Below, one piece after another: positions 11,632-24,191 of a stretch of DNA of 64,000 nt (position 1 is its first letter; each line of letters begins with the position of its first letter). Location: contig NC_090340.1 of assembly GCF_035084215.1 (NCBI RefSeq), forward strand, positions 15,190,001 to 15,254,000, in the 5' to 3' direction. The stretch comes from Heptranchias perlo. Taxonomy: Eukaryota. Both the position numbers and the translations under genes were made by a program. The notes beneath the pieces were generated by a model, which did not search any database, was not told the DNA's origin, and worked only from the letters and a program-made list of their open reading frames with translations.

Positions 11632-14600
11632 AACCACGGTTGGATCATTTTTCCTCAAGGGAACATATATTTGTTGAGAATTATTTCCTTAAGTATTCGC
11701 CATTGCTAATCTTTAGTCTAATTACCACCAGTGTTTTCTGCCTCTTGTTATGTCTTAGTTCCAGCTATACTGAGTTCCCAACATTCATCACCCTGCAACC
11801 ACATCTCAGTAGTGGCATCAAACCCATTTATCTTTATTTGTGCCATTAAAACATCTATCTCGCAACGAATGCTTCATGCATTCAGATATAGCTCCTTTAA
11901 TTTTATTTTTTTACAATTGTTCCTGATGTGACCTGAGTCACTAATGCCCTGTTATCTTTGTTAAACTCTGTCCCTTCCTGACACACTCTGCTTGTTGTTA
12001 CCCAAATCGCTACCCTGCTCTACAGCCTTGACTTTTCTCTTCAGACTTATAAATGTACCCTTACCTGAACTCTCCTCCCTCCCCACCCTCCCCCCCCCCC
12101 CCACTTATTAGTTTAAAGCCCTGCCTACAACCTATTTATTCAATTCACCGGGACACTTGTCCCAGCCCGGTTTAAGTGGAGCCCGTCCCAACGGAACAGC
12201 TCCCTCTTTCCCCAGTACTGGTTGCAATGCTGCATGAATCGAAACCCCTGCTTCCAACACCACTATTTCAGCCTGGCATTTAATCATCTAATCTGTTTGT
12301 CCCTATACCAATTTGCACATGACTCAGGTAGTAATCCAGAGATTATTACCATTGAGGTTCTGCTTTTTAATTTGGACCCTAGCTCCTCAAACTCCCTCAG
12401 CAGAACCTCATTCCTAGTTCTACATATGTCGTTGGTTTCTACATGGACCATGTCAATTGGATCTTCCCCCTGCTGCTTCAAGTTCTCCTCCAGCTGTGAG
12501 GAGATGTCCTTTACCCTGCCACTGGAAACTCCTAGTCAAGGCTGCAGAGAACAGTATCTATCCCACATACGATAGTATAATCTAACACTGCAGCTTTAGT
12601 TTCTGCTTCCCCCACTTGAATAGCCTCCTGCAACAGGGTGCTATGGTTAATGTGCCCATCCTCCCTGCAGTCTTTGTTCTCAACAATAAAGGTAGCTAGT
12701 ATCTCGTACCTGTTGGACAAGGGCAAAGGCTGAGGCTCCTCCACCACTGCATCTGGGGTCCCCTTACCTACCTGACTCGCAGTCACATCCTCCTATCCCT
12801 GACCAGTAACCAAATCTAAACCACTACCTAACCTAAGGGGTGTGACTGCCTCCTGGCTCAAAGTGTCCATGTAACTCTCCCCCTCACTGATGTATCGCAA
12901 TGTCTGCACCACAGACTCCAGCCGAAGTTCCTCTCTGTCCTTCCCAAACTCTGTGTTCAAACTCTGCTTTTCTCTCTTGTTTCTCTCTTCCCAAACCTTC
13001 TCTTTGCTTATTTCTCTCTCTCGTTTTTTCTCTCTCTCTCTCTTTGTCTGGTCTCTTATTTCTATCCCATTTTTTCTTCTTTCGTTATTTCCTTTCAGGT
13101 TGGCGATCGGGTGACGTCATCGAGGGGAAAGAAGCTGCAGATGGCTGTGTTTGCAGGTGGGATTGTACAGAAAATGTGGCCCCCAATGGCTCCCTTAGCT
13201 TTCCATCCCCATCATTTATGCTTCCACACACACAATTTTTATTGTGTTCCTGCCGCTTTGCCTTCCCACGACACCTTTCCCTTCCTATCACCTCCCTTCT
13301 CCCGTTAATTCCTTCATTTAGTCCCACTGCTACTCCGACTGCTTCACCTATGAACTCCTACTGAAACCCCATATCTTCACATCCACCATGATCCAATGCC
13401 ACTCATCTCATCTTTAACCTTGTGTCCATCCCCCTCCATTCTCATTCGCTTCTTCCAAGGTTGTCTGCTGAGAGGTAAAGGCCCCCTCTGTAACAACTTG
13501 TTTCTTTCCTTTCCTCCCCTACACTTCACTAATACCTTTCTTCCCCAAAGATTAGATTTTGCTTTGAAAATCCAACTTATTGTTTTGCATCAAATTAGGA
13601 CAAGGCATGATTTCTGTCTGTCTACCTCTCCCTGTACATTTGTGTCTCTATCATTCTCTCTGTGCTTCTCATAAGTGTCAGAAATTAGAATATTTCTTTC
13701 TCTAACTGTCAGAAAAACACAGGTGAGATGCTTAGAGGCTTTCAGTTTGTTTCAAAATACAACCTTTTCTTGGAAAAATGAACAAAAATTAAGACGAATC
13801 AAAAGCTTCTTAGGATGCTTAATATGCTTTCTAAAGTTTATTAAACACAACAATAGCTTCAACAGATGTTTAATCAGTACATTGTAATTTTTCTCTCTTT
13901 CTGTCTATCTCATACTGACAAACAATCACTTTGTTAAAACAAAAATACTCACAATAAATATTTAACTGAATAAAACTTTTTGAAATTTGTCTCCTCGCTT
14001 TTCTTGAAATAATTTTGATAAACAACTGAGAAGGAACTGCTTGGAGTTAAAGAAAAATGTTCCATCAGTACTGTTGACTGAATGATACTGGTGTCTTCTA
14101 GGAAATTAGATACATTGCATATCCTCAGAATCTGCATTCAACTAACAGAATCATAGCTCTGGGCAAAATTATCAAGTGCATGCCTGGCTTTTGGGATAGA
14201 CTGAGGCGTTCAATGAAGGCATTAAAAGACACAAAAGGCAATTCAGCGGAAAGATGTAATAATGTTAACATGAAATGTGCATTTTTTATTCTTTTATATC
14301 TTGAAATCAAAGAATTTTCAAATAATGGAAAACATGATAGATGATTTTTTAAAGTGTTTTGAGAGACTTGTGGGGAACACATAATACAGTACCACATGAT
14401 GATTTTACAGGGAGTTGTTACAGGTCAGCGATTGGGGTAACATTGGAAACCCTATCATAACATCATCGACTGGCATCACAAGGACTCATTACAGGGAAAA
14501 TGTCGTACATACCTGATGGCATTTTAACATGAGAATGTCGAGAGAAATTTTTTCAAAGCATTTTTCAATGAAACGTGCAACCCATGTATCAATTTTCATA

Positions 14601-14964
14601 TGTTATGCTATTAGTACATCTCCCGGTGTCTTGCTCACGTTTAGTCAAAGAAAATGGTATGTCCGCTAACTGTGTTTGGTGCAACAGGCTGCAAGATGGA
14701 AGACAGCCAGTTCTGGGACAAGAGAAATAACAGACATTCCCGTAATACTATGTTTTCACAGTGCCACTTTTGGAGCAAGTAAGGACAAGTATTACCACAA
14801 CAGTGTTGCCCATTGATTTCAATAGACTGGGGTTACACTAATCAATCTTCCATTACTTTGTTCACATTTAATGAAAAGAAGTGGTAAGTCTTTTCACTGT
14901 ATTTGTTGTACCAGCTGAGAAAGGTTACAGCACTGCCACTGGAACAGGCATTCTAATCATACCC

Positions 14965-15262
14965 GGGGTCGAATTTCAATGGGGTTCTTCCAATCTGATT
15001 TGACATTGAATTCACCCACTCTAATTCACCCTCCTTCTCAGTCCTTCCTCTGTTTATTTCTCAATCCTTAAATCTCATGTTTAAGGAGATAACCTGTTTG
15101 TCCCGTTGTTCACCCAGTTGCACCATTGCCCTCGCCACGCAGTTATCAACTCACAATTCCAGCGACATTGTGCGCAACAATTTTTAAAACCTAAACATGC
15201 ACGAACAAGTCTAATTAATGCTTCACGCCGTGACATGCCCCACTCCAGCAAAATCTGGACCA
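14965..15262. mobile_element. Putative MITE (Harbinger-like termini)
   Basis: Starts ggggtcgaattt and ends aaaatctggacc (imperfect inverted termini); no coding capacity. Confidence 0.4.
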
Positions 15263-15984
15263 TTAGCTTTTACTAGTAGAATCAGCTGTGGTTTGCATGA
15301 ACGCACTTCAAATTCCAATCTGATTTTAAGCTCTGTGCCGATTGAAATAACAATGGGACTGTAGTACTAGACACCAGCCCCACTGCAAGTTAATTTATTG
15401 CAATACAATGTTTATAAAAATATTACACATGCCTCACAATCTATCGGATCCTTGGTAGCCGAGCTGCCCACCTGCACGTTGTAGACATAGTTTGTACGAA
15501 ATGTTCATTTTCCATCAAATATAAAGAAAATGAACATGAATACAAAATATTACATGAGAATGTAAGAAAGTCAATAATTAAAAAAAGACTACTGAGCCCG
15601 ATTTAGCTCCTCCCTCTATTGCATTAAGTAGAGTTTTGAGTTAATTTGTAATCTGAGCATGTTGCTGCTTCCAAGCTCCACAAAAACTTTTCGGTTCAAA
15701 TCATATAAGTTAAATAAATGTTTTAATATTGCTAGAACTCGTATCATAAATATCTTATTACAGTCAAGGACAAGCAAGGGCTATTAACTCATTCTTTCAC
15801 GATCTTGGCTGACCCAGCCCAACGTCCACCTGCATTTGAACTTTGCAGAATATCTAAATGTTTATCATGCAATGCTTCAAGTAAATATAAATTTTAAATT
15901 ATGTTTCACCAATTTAATCAGATGTAACCCAGCCGCCCTATCCTGAATTAACTCGGAAGTAATATTCCGAGTTTACCGTGTCAG

Positions 15985-16520
15985 TATCAAATATGTTTCC
16001 CTCCTTTCAAAACCGAGAGCTTGCGCTGTTCTAACCTTTCCGTAATACTTGGAATCATCCTTTTACTCTGTTCTGCACCCAGTCCAGTGCATGTTCCTCT
16101 TCTGTTGTGAAACGGTGGCCAAAATTTTACAGAGTAGCCCAAGTATGGTCTGACTAGACCTTTAAGAAGCATCAGTCCAATCTCTGTATATTTGCACTCC
16201 AATGCTCTGGTTATATATCTATTCGCTCTATTAATAGTTCCCCCACGTTGTCTGGACAATGAAAGAGGCAACTGTACTGTTAGTTCCAAGCCCTTTCCCA
16301 ATCCTCCTTGTGTTCTCATATTTCACTCACTCTATTCTTACCTTGTGTATTTCCCCCCAATATACAACACTTTACAATTTCAGTATTACATTTAATTTGT
16401 CATTTATCTGTCCAATTATATAACTGATCTGAATCATTAATTGTGTCCTCTCTCCCTAATCTCACTATCGTGGTTTCCATTATTTCCAAGTATTTCGAAT
16501 TCTTGTCCAGCAAGTATGTA
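15985..16520 (-). mobile_element. Old CR1 fragment
   Basis: LLKGLVRPYLGYSVKFWPP-like RT C-terminal remnant. Confidence 0.7.
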
Positions 16521-16586
16521 TAGTTTGTAAATGCAAGATAACGGGTTCAAACAATTTGCTGTTTTTGTGATGATTTTGACATTTAC

Positions 16587-16906
16587 CCGCAGCATAAAAA
16601 GTGAAGCTGTTGCTGGCAGGGTCCAGGAGAGATTCGTGAGATACCAGACAGGTTCAAACAGCTGGGCTCTCGACAGGCTCGGTCTCTTCCAAATTGCTGG
16701 AGACTTCAAGTAGTCCATCCGCGTTCTACTGTCTAATACGTTCTACTGTCTAATAGTATATGTGACGATTAGAATGTCATCAGTCTTACACCAAGAATTG
16801 GAAACTTTCTCCGGATAAAATTCAGCCGTTTTACACACAAGCAACAGAGCAGCAGACGAAGTATTTTCAGGTGCTGAGGCGAACAGCTTCAGCGGAGTTG
16901 GAGGAG
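16587..16906 (-). pseudogene. Ig C1-set exon (pseudogene) of a VJ-C1 receptor paralog
   Basis: Acceptor ctccatcag and donor G|gtaaat, phase 1-1. Reads PPTPLKLFASAPENTSSAALLLVCKTAEFYPEKVSNSWCK...ADGLLEVSSNLEETEPVESPAV*TCLVSHESLLDP. Has in-frame stops and a 17-bp tandem duplication (16722-16755). Homologous to 44063-44373. Confidence 0.85.
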
Positions 16907-17428
16907 CTGATGGAGATTCAAAATAACATAATATTCTGACTTACATCCAATCCCTTTCTGTGCTAGATTGTACCTTCAGGTTAGCTTTCAACATAATTTA
17001 TAGAAAATCTTTAATTTGTGCTCTTTGTATTTTATTTTATAAATTAATATCTTCCAAGCCTTTCCGTCATAGAGTCCATTATGTGTCATCGAAATGCGTC
17101 TCTTTCTTACAATCATTCGTTAAATGCTCAAAAAAAATAGATGTGTGTAGAAACAGCGACAAAAGTTTGGCGCGACCCGTCCCTCCCAGCAAGACCATAA
17201 ATTCTTTCTATCTGCTTGAATTCATCCTCGGTAGCAACATTTCGGGAAAGAGTCCCTTTGCTTTGATGTGAGCGCTTTTGGCTTTGACTGGCGTGTAATC
17301 GGGAGCATTCATTCAAACAAAACTTTCGAAAAACTCACACTGTCATAAATTTTATAACGGGAGAAGAAAATGAAAGACACATTCATCGTTTAAAAAAATC
17401 TGTAAATAAATTTCATTTCGACCGACCG

Positions 17429-17690
17429 TAGAATCCTAAAATCTTACAGCACAGAAGGGGGTCATTCGGCCCATCGTATCTGTGCCGCCTCTTTGAAAGA
17501 AATATCCAATTAGTCCCACTCCCCTACTCTTTCTCCATATCCCTGCATTTTTTTCCTTTAAAAATATATATCCATATCCCTTTTGAAAGTTATTATTGAA
17601 TCTGCTTCTACTGACCTTTCAGGCAGTGCATTTCAGGTCATAACAACTCACTGGTAAAAAAAAATATCCTCTCTTCTCTGGTTCTTTTAC
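17429..17690 (-). mobile_element. CR1 3' end fragment
   Basis: tagaatc...cagcacagaaggggg tcattcggccca, the CR1 3'UTR signature seen at other copies. Confidence 0.75.
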
Positions 17691-18436
17691 TATAACTCAC
17701 TAACTCATCATCTCTTCCGATTCCACCGTTAACCTGTCAGCGTATATTTACTAATCAGGCACAGTCACTGGGCAAGATTTCCAAATAATTGCAAATAATA
17801 GAAACCGAAAATAAGGAGTGTGGGAAGTGAGAATGGGGCTATAGTAGATCAGCAATATAATGAGATAAATGACAAATTACATTTAATACTGAAAATGTAA
17901 AGTGTTGTAGATTGGGTGAAGATGGCCAAGGTAAGAATACAATGATGGCAATATCATTTGAACAGGGCGGCTTGGAAAGGGCGCTGGAACTAACAATTGT
18001 CTAAACATCTTTACTAATAAAACAAAACAGAATATTGAGATACGTAGCCAGAATATTAGAGTGCAAGCTTGGCTTCAATCTTACAGGGCAAAGAAGTCGG
18101 AGCGACTTTATTCTCGAGTCGGAGCAGTACGATTCCTGGAGTTTGTCGTCTCACGGGTTTTAGTTTGACATTCCAAGAACTGCGAGTCCAGTGTAATTTC
18201 AAACCTGGTTTACAAATGCTCCTGGACACTTTTTAAACCTAACTAGCCTCAACCTAAAAGTTTATAGATTGGTACTGTCCCATCCCTGCTCCCAAAATAC
18301 TCTTTGGGCGAGCGCTCGGCCCATGATTGGATCCAAACACGCGCAGAACCCTCTTCTCTGACAGGAGAGTTATTCAGGGTTCCGCTTTATTGAATATTTT
18401 ATATTCTTCTCGCTCATTGCTTCCATAAATCATTAT

Positions 18437-18690
18437 TAGTGATTTTATACTGCAAATATCTTAAACAACAGAAACGTTCCCAAGATTCACAATACTTAAG
18501 ATTCAAATATCCTCCAGCTTTTTGCTACAGTTATTTCTAATTACTTGCACCAATATTCTCTCTGAAATCACACTCTATATAATAAACTGCCAACTACTCT
18601 CATTTCACTTTCGTTCTCCGCTACAATCACATACGAAGTCTGATCCGGTCCCTTTCACTTCTGGCCGGAACCGAAGTGTCTCAAACCATT
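18437..18690 (-). repeat. Diverged duplicate of the V-exon 3' end and downstream intron at ~19340-19615
   Basis: Shared blocks tagtgatttt..actgcaaatat..aaa..cagaaa.gttcccaagattcaca and caatatt..tct.aaatcac.ctcta..aataaactgc; retains a GGGACCGGATCA (GTGS) J-like remnant. Confidence 0.7.
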
Positions 18691-19583
18691 TGCTGCAATT
18701 CACGTACACCCTTAATTTGGTTTTAAAGGGGATTGCCAATGGAGAACAGTGAGAAGTTCCAATCCTTGTAATGCATGCATGGTGAATAATATCTGCATTT
18801 AAAATCTGTGACATTATTATTTGTAGTTCAGCTGTGGGAACGTTTTGTTCAGATGCTTTATGCTGAAAGGCCGATTATTCGAGGAGTGAGGGCGCATGAT
18901 TCCTGTTCGTATTAAACATAGAACTTAAAAAGATGAAACGTTGACCCTTTGCACCTGGATGATATATTTCCTTATTTGTGAAAAATATTCAGTTTTATAA
19001 TTCTGGAGAAGGGGCTTATGTTTGAAAAAAAAAGACTAGAACATTAATTTTAAGGGAAATCGATAGATTAACAAGGAGCGTTATCGGTTAAGTTGGTATC
19101 CGCGGTCCAGGGATGGTTACACATGATTCCAGTCGAGTTGATTTCCAGCCGTAAATACATTTGTAAGTAGTGACTCTCTGTGAATCATCATATCTGCGGC
19201 ATGAAATGCTCTCCACAGACTTTGGCATTAGTCCAATAAAGCCAGGGATAAGCCTTGATTAAATTAATACAATACGAATTAAGTTTAATACTTCTTATCG
19301 CATACTTTACATTATGCTGCCTAATCCTTTCCATAAAGGCGTTAGTGATTTTTCACTGCAAATATTTTAAAAAGCAGAAATGTTCCCAAGATTCACAGTC
19401 TGTAATATTGAAGATATTACAGTAATTTGTAATTATTTGCAACAATATTCCTCTCAAATCACGCTCTAAACAATAAACTGCGACCCAATCGTATTTCACT
19501 CTTGATCTCCTCGACAATGATACTCTCCGACGAGTTGTGACGCAGTCCCGTTTGATCCATCTCGTCCCTACAATCGCACTTAC

Positions 19584-19891
19584 CGTGCATAATAAGCAGC
19601 GATCCGGTTCGGTATCCAATGTTTTGAAATGTCACCGTACAGACATAGGATGAATCATGGCCCACACTCACATCGAGGAGCTGGAAAGAGCCGCTCCCCT
19701 ATTTTACATGAAACCATGTTCTCCCATCTGATGCTGATCGGCGCAATATATTGTTACCACGTTCCTACTAGTAAACGCTCACTTCAGGGACATTTTGGAA
19801 GAGGGGAAATGTGCAAGAGAAGGTAACGGCGTTGCCTTTGATCGCGGTGACGCGTTCAGGGACTTGCTGCACTTAGAAGTATCACCAGCAG
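19584..19891 (-). pseudogene. Germline-joined VJ-type Ig exon (pseudogene)
   Basis: Reads VQQVPERVTAIKGNAVTFSCTFPLFQNVPEVSVY**ERG...GSGSFQLLDVSVGHDSSYVCTVTFQNIGYRTGSLLIMH, then G|gtaagt. The WW codons appear as TAG TAG (19765-19770), with another stop at 19699-19701. Confidence 0.88.
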
Positions 19892-21409
19892 CAGTGAGAA
19901 AATAAATACAAACAGCGGTTACCGACAATACATTGGACAGTGAAATAACGAGAAGGAATTAAATTAATGAATGTATATAAAAAATAAAGAACACAGCCAA
20001 ATTGTTTCAGGCAAATACACAATTTCACTGCACAGAGTCTAACGGCTACTTAACACGTTTTTATACCGTTAGTGTTTGTGGATTTTTTTCTTACTATCGC
20101 TACAAAAGGATTGTTAACCCTTCAACAATAGCTGCAGCTTGATTACCAGCCCCAGTGGTTGTAAAATAGCAAGCTTTAATAGATTGATCCACAGCAGCAT
20201 TATAGTTATAATAAAACTATCTTCAGATTACATTAAATGACAAGTAATCAATACAATCTGATCTCTCCACCAATTCAAGTTGATCAGACTTGACTTCTGC
20301 AGATTGCCTATGGCAATGGAGTTCTGACCATCCCCTCTCAAGAAGTCTAACTTTTGGGAGGGAGCATGCACTATCTTTATACTATTCTGCCGTGATGTTC
20401 TGCACTTACACACCTCTGTCGTTTGCTCCTGTTTGTAAACCATCCCACTGTGCTGACTCTGTCAAAAACTATCAAGGATGGTTTATAGTACCTGCTGCAT
20501 AAACAGTTTCTTCCACCGTAACCTTACTTGGCATCTGCAATGTCTTATTGTTTATGTAGCCTTTCACTGTTATCAGGTATTAAAAAGTTTGTACTATGTT
20601 ATTTCGACCTGTTCCTTGACTATTACTTGTTTTTCACTATTCTAAAGCATCAGCATTTTTTCTATGACCTTTCGGGCTTCTGTAAATTATCTTTCTCACA
20701 GAGATGGTCTTCTTTTTACATCCATCCTCTTGCTAAGATACATGGCACTATGCGAGCCGGTATTTTTCTATGCTTGTTTCAAACCATATTCGTACATCTC
20801 CCTCCTCTTGAACTTGAGTGAAATCACTCTGGTTCAATATTCACTTTATCCCCAACTATTTCTTCGTCTTGCTTAAGATTAGCCTGAGTTTATATAAGCA
20901 CACATAGACGTATACATATTGTTTCTAAGTTTCATTTGGTTAAAGTCACGCATTACGGTTATGGTGCATCAGGTTATCAAGAAAACTGTATTATGTCCTC
21001 ATCCTGTTTAGTTCCCTGTAATCCATACTTGAGAGAACCCTACAACCTGGATCCTCGTTTCCCACTTCAACTTGGCGAGGGTTCGTTTAAGCAAAATGTA
21101 CATGATAATTAACAAAAACAATGCACAACTTTGTAAAATAATTAACAGCTGCGCAATAATTCTGATCCACAACTGTATTGATATGTTATTTACGTGCTCC
21201 CATTATGATTTCCATCCTATCCCCTCAATTTCTTTTGCCACATTCTGATTTTCCCGATGTAGCTGGTACAGATGTGTTACTGGGATCTCACTTCCTGCGA
21301 AGATTTTCTTTATTTTAAGTTTCATGGGGGAATCAGATATCCATATTGAATTAGCAAATTATTAGTGGCTGAGAGCATGCCAGCGTCCACCGTGATGTTG
21401 GTAACTTCA

Positions 21410-21560
21410 GGGGTTAAATTGGTTAACCGCCAAAAACGGGCGTGGGTATCGTGGTGCATGATTAAACTGCACCCTGTCATTGAGATTCAGGCCGTACGTA
21501 ACATTTATGCTGCCTGATGATCTACATGATTGCTGCGTGCAGCCAGCGCTACCTAAGTTG
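21410..21560 (+). mobile_element. Truncated terminus of a Harbinger-like DNA transposon
   Basis: ggggttaaattggttaacc...tgctgcctgatga...cagccagcgctacc matches the terminus at 50291 and the inverted terminus at 26750. Confidence 0.65.
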
Positions 21561-21561
21561 T

Positions 21562-23404
21562 ATGACCTTGAAATGGCGACAATATAAATAATTGAAGATT
21601 ATATGAAATCCCTTTGGTTTCTATTTAAACAGATGTTCAAATAGCAGGGTTGGATAAACGCATTTCATACAACTGTTAGACGTCTTGTGAAAGTCTCTCA
21701 TTTCCAGTCCAATGACACCATTCCTCGGTTTTGTTGCATGTGATGCAGCAGCTGTAGTATTTCTTGCTCACTCCCTATAACCTTCCCCATTTGTGAACGG
21801 TTCCCTCTCCCCTGGCTTTCTAAATAACACCGTGCTCCTTGCATTATAACACAACTGATTCCAACTGGTCATCCACTTTCCTGGAAGAGAATTCCACATC
21901 AAAAATTGTACAGTTGCAACCTCTTAACCATTTTCTTAAGTTCTCCTTGTCTGCAGCCTACTGTGAAATCAAGTGTTTGGGTTGACTGTGCCACATTACA
22001 TCGGACACCTTGGAGCAAAAGCTACCAGCTGTAATTAAAACTAAACTTTGAACAGGGCATGGAGCTGATAACTGATGCTGGGCTATTCGATTTATCGTTC
22101 CTGAGCAGGGCCTGACTTAATTGCTTTCTGCAGTGAAAGCTTCACTTCAGCTCAACTTTTTGATGTAGCAGTTTAGAGTAGAGGCGAAGTTGCTGCAAGC
22201 TTTCACATTCCGTGACTGGGGAACTTCGGCTAAAGATTGTTGTCAAACGGAGTCATTATTACCGTAACCTGGCCAGCATATGTACCATTGTTTGAAGAGT
22301 CATTCTTTTTGGGTGCAGAATCATTGAGCAAACATTAAATTTGGTTTTAATGGCTAAGCTTTCAAAGATGCTGCAATATTTAGCTACAGTGAAGTATTAA
22401 ACTGATTAATGGATGCCTATGGGGTTATGAGTTTTTTCTTGATGGTGTTAGAATAGATACAGCCCACCAGAGACTGCAGCGGTTTAAGAAAGCCCTTAAC
22501 CACCATTGCAAGGCATGGGCAATAAATCCTGGTCTTGGTAGCCACACCCATTATCACAAAACAATTTTTTTTAAAACTCTTTTTAGCAAAGCAATTGAAT
22601 TGGAGAAATCCCTTGCCCCATCACCCTCTCAACCTCTTACCCATTTTGTTAATTCTGTAATCAGGCTACAATATCGCTGCTGGACTTGAAGGACTTTCTG
22701 ACAAGTCAAAGCGTAACATGGTTTGAAGGAGAAGAAAGCTCCTTCTGCCTCATCTGTCTTAGCTCTACCTCAGAACACTTCCTTTTACACAGCAGACATC
22801 CTGTGCCCTTTAGAACGAGCGTAGCAAGTAGTGAATTCGGTATATTTTTGCACTGTGACTACGTCAATTAAAGAACAAACTTGCACTCTCATACCTTTAC
22901 AGGCAATGATGTACTTTTTTTAAAAAATTGTACAGTTGCAATGTAGGAAATGAGCAAGTGGAACGAGACTATGACTAGTTTCATGTGGAATCCTTGCAAG
23001 CAACAGGCATAGATACTCCCCCCACACACGTCTCTCAATGGGTTGCAAACACAAATACTGGATTGATGTGGAATTCTCTTCCAGGGAAAGTGGATGACCA
23101 GTTGGAATCAGTTGTGTGATAATGCAAGGAGCACGGTGTTATTTAGAAAGCCAGGGGAGAGGGAACCGTTCACAAATGGGGAAGGTTATAGGGAGTGAGC
23201 AAGAAATACTACAGCTGCTGCATCACATGCAACAAAACCGAGGAATGGTGTCATTGGACTGGAAATGAGAGACTTTCACAAGACGTCTAACAGTTGTATG
23301 AAATGCGTTTATCCAACCCTGCTATTTGAACATCTGTTTAAATAGAAACCAAAGGGATTTCATATAATCTTCAATTATTTATATTGTCGCCATTTCAAGG
23401 TCAT
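21562..23404. repeat. Near-perfect long inverted repeat (arms 21562-21902 and 23063-23404)
   Basis: Arms are reverse complements over ~341 bp with one substitution and one 1-bp indel seen; spacer ~1.16 kb. Confidence 0.95.
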
Positions 23405-24191
23405 CCAGATTTCTTGTGTTGATGTATGTATTATAGAATCATAGAATGACACAGCACAGAAGGCGGCCATTTGGGCCATCGTGCCTGTGCCGGCTCTTTG
23501 GACGAGCTATCCAATTATTCCTACTCCCCTGCCCTTTTCCCATAGCCCTGCAAATGTTTCCCCTTCTAGTATTTATCCAATTTCCTTTTGAAAGTTACTA
23601 TTGAATCTGGTTCCACCACCCTTTCAGGCAATGCATTCCAGATCATCACAACTCGCTGTGCACATTGAAAAAAATAATAATTCTCATCTCCCTCTGGTTC
23701 TTTCGCCATTTACCTTAAATCTGGGTCCTCTGCTTACCAAGCTTTCTGTCCACTGGAAACAGTTTCTCCTTATTTACTCGATCAAAACCCTTCATGATTT
23801 TGAAGACCTCTGAAATCTCCCCCTACGGTCCTCTGTTCTAAGGAAAACAATCCTAGCTTCTCTAGTCTCCACATAACTGAAGTATCGCATCCCTGCTACC
23901 ATTCTAGTAAATCTCCTCTGCACCCCCTCTGAGGCCTTGACGTCCTACCTAAAGTGTAGGGCCTAGAATTAGACATAATACTCCAGCTGGGGCCTAACCA
24001 GTGTTTTGTAAAGGTTTAGCATAACTTCCTTGCTTTTGTACTCTATGCCTCTGTTTATAAAGCCAAAGATCCCATATGCTCTTTTAGCAGCCTTCTCACC
24101 ATGTCCTGCCACCTTCGAAAATTTAAAAACGTGCACCCCAAGGACTCTCTGTTCCTACACCCCTTTAAAATTGAATCATTTAATCAATATT

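Larger units (their letters stand above)
8135..12890 (-). mobile_element. Near full-length decayed CR1 LINE (ORF1 SGNH esterase + partly deleted ORF2), interrupted by two insertions
   Basis: ORF1-like VHVETNDI...LLREFEELGSKLKSRTSMVIISGLLP (12284-12481). ORF2 fragments PGPDGLHLRV, DWKVANVTPVFKK, NYRPVSL, FADDLKLGG, MQRRFTRFIPGMRGLSYEERL. Confidence 0.93.

Noticed and set aside
12900-13364. Hydrophobic 154-aa ORF and a TGACGTCA (CRE) site
   Set aside because: The ORF derives from CT-rich low-complexity DNA; several such 8-mers occur in the window with no promoter context.
15950-15973. Perfect 9-bp hairpin (similar one at ~7039-7058)
   Set aside because: Short stems of this size are expected by chance or template switching in 64 kb, and there is no supporting context.
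21960-22230. Ig-like remnant inside the inverted-repeat spacer (TLNC...AGSFC on the minus strand)
   Set aside because: Lacks the Trp and correctly placed second Cys and has several stops; too degenerate to call.
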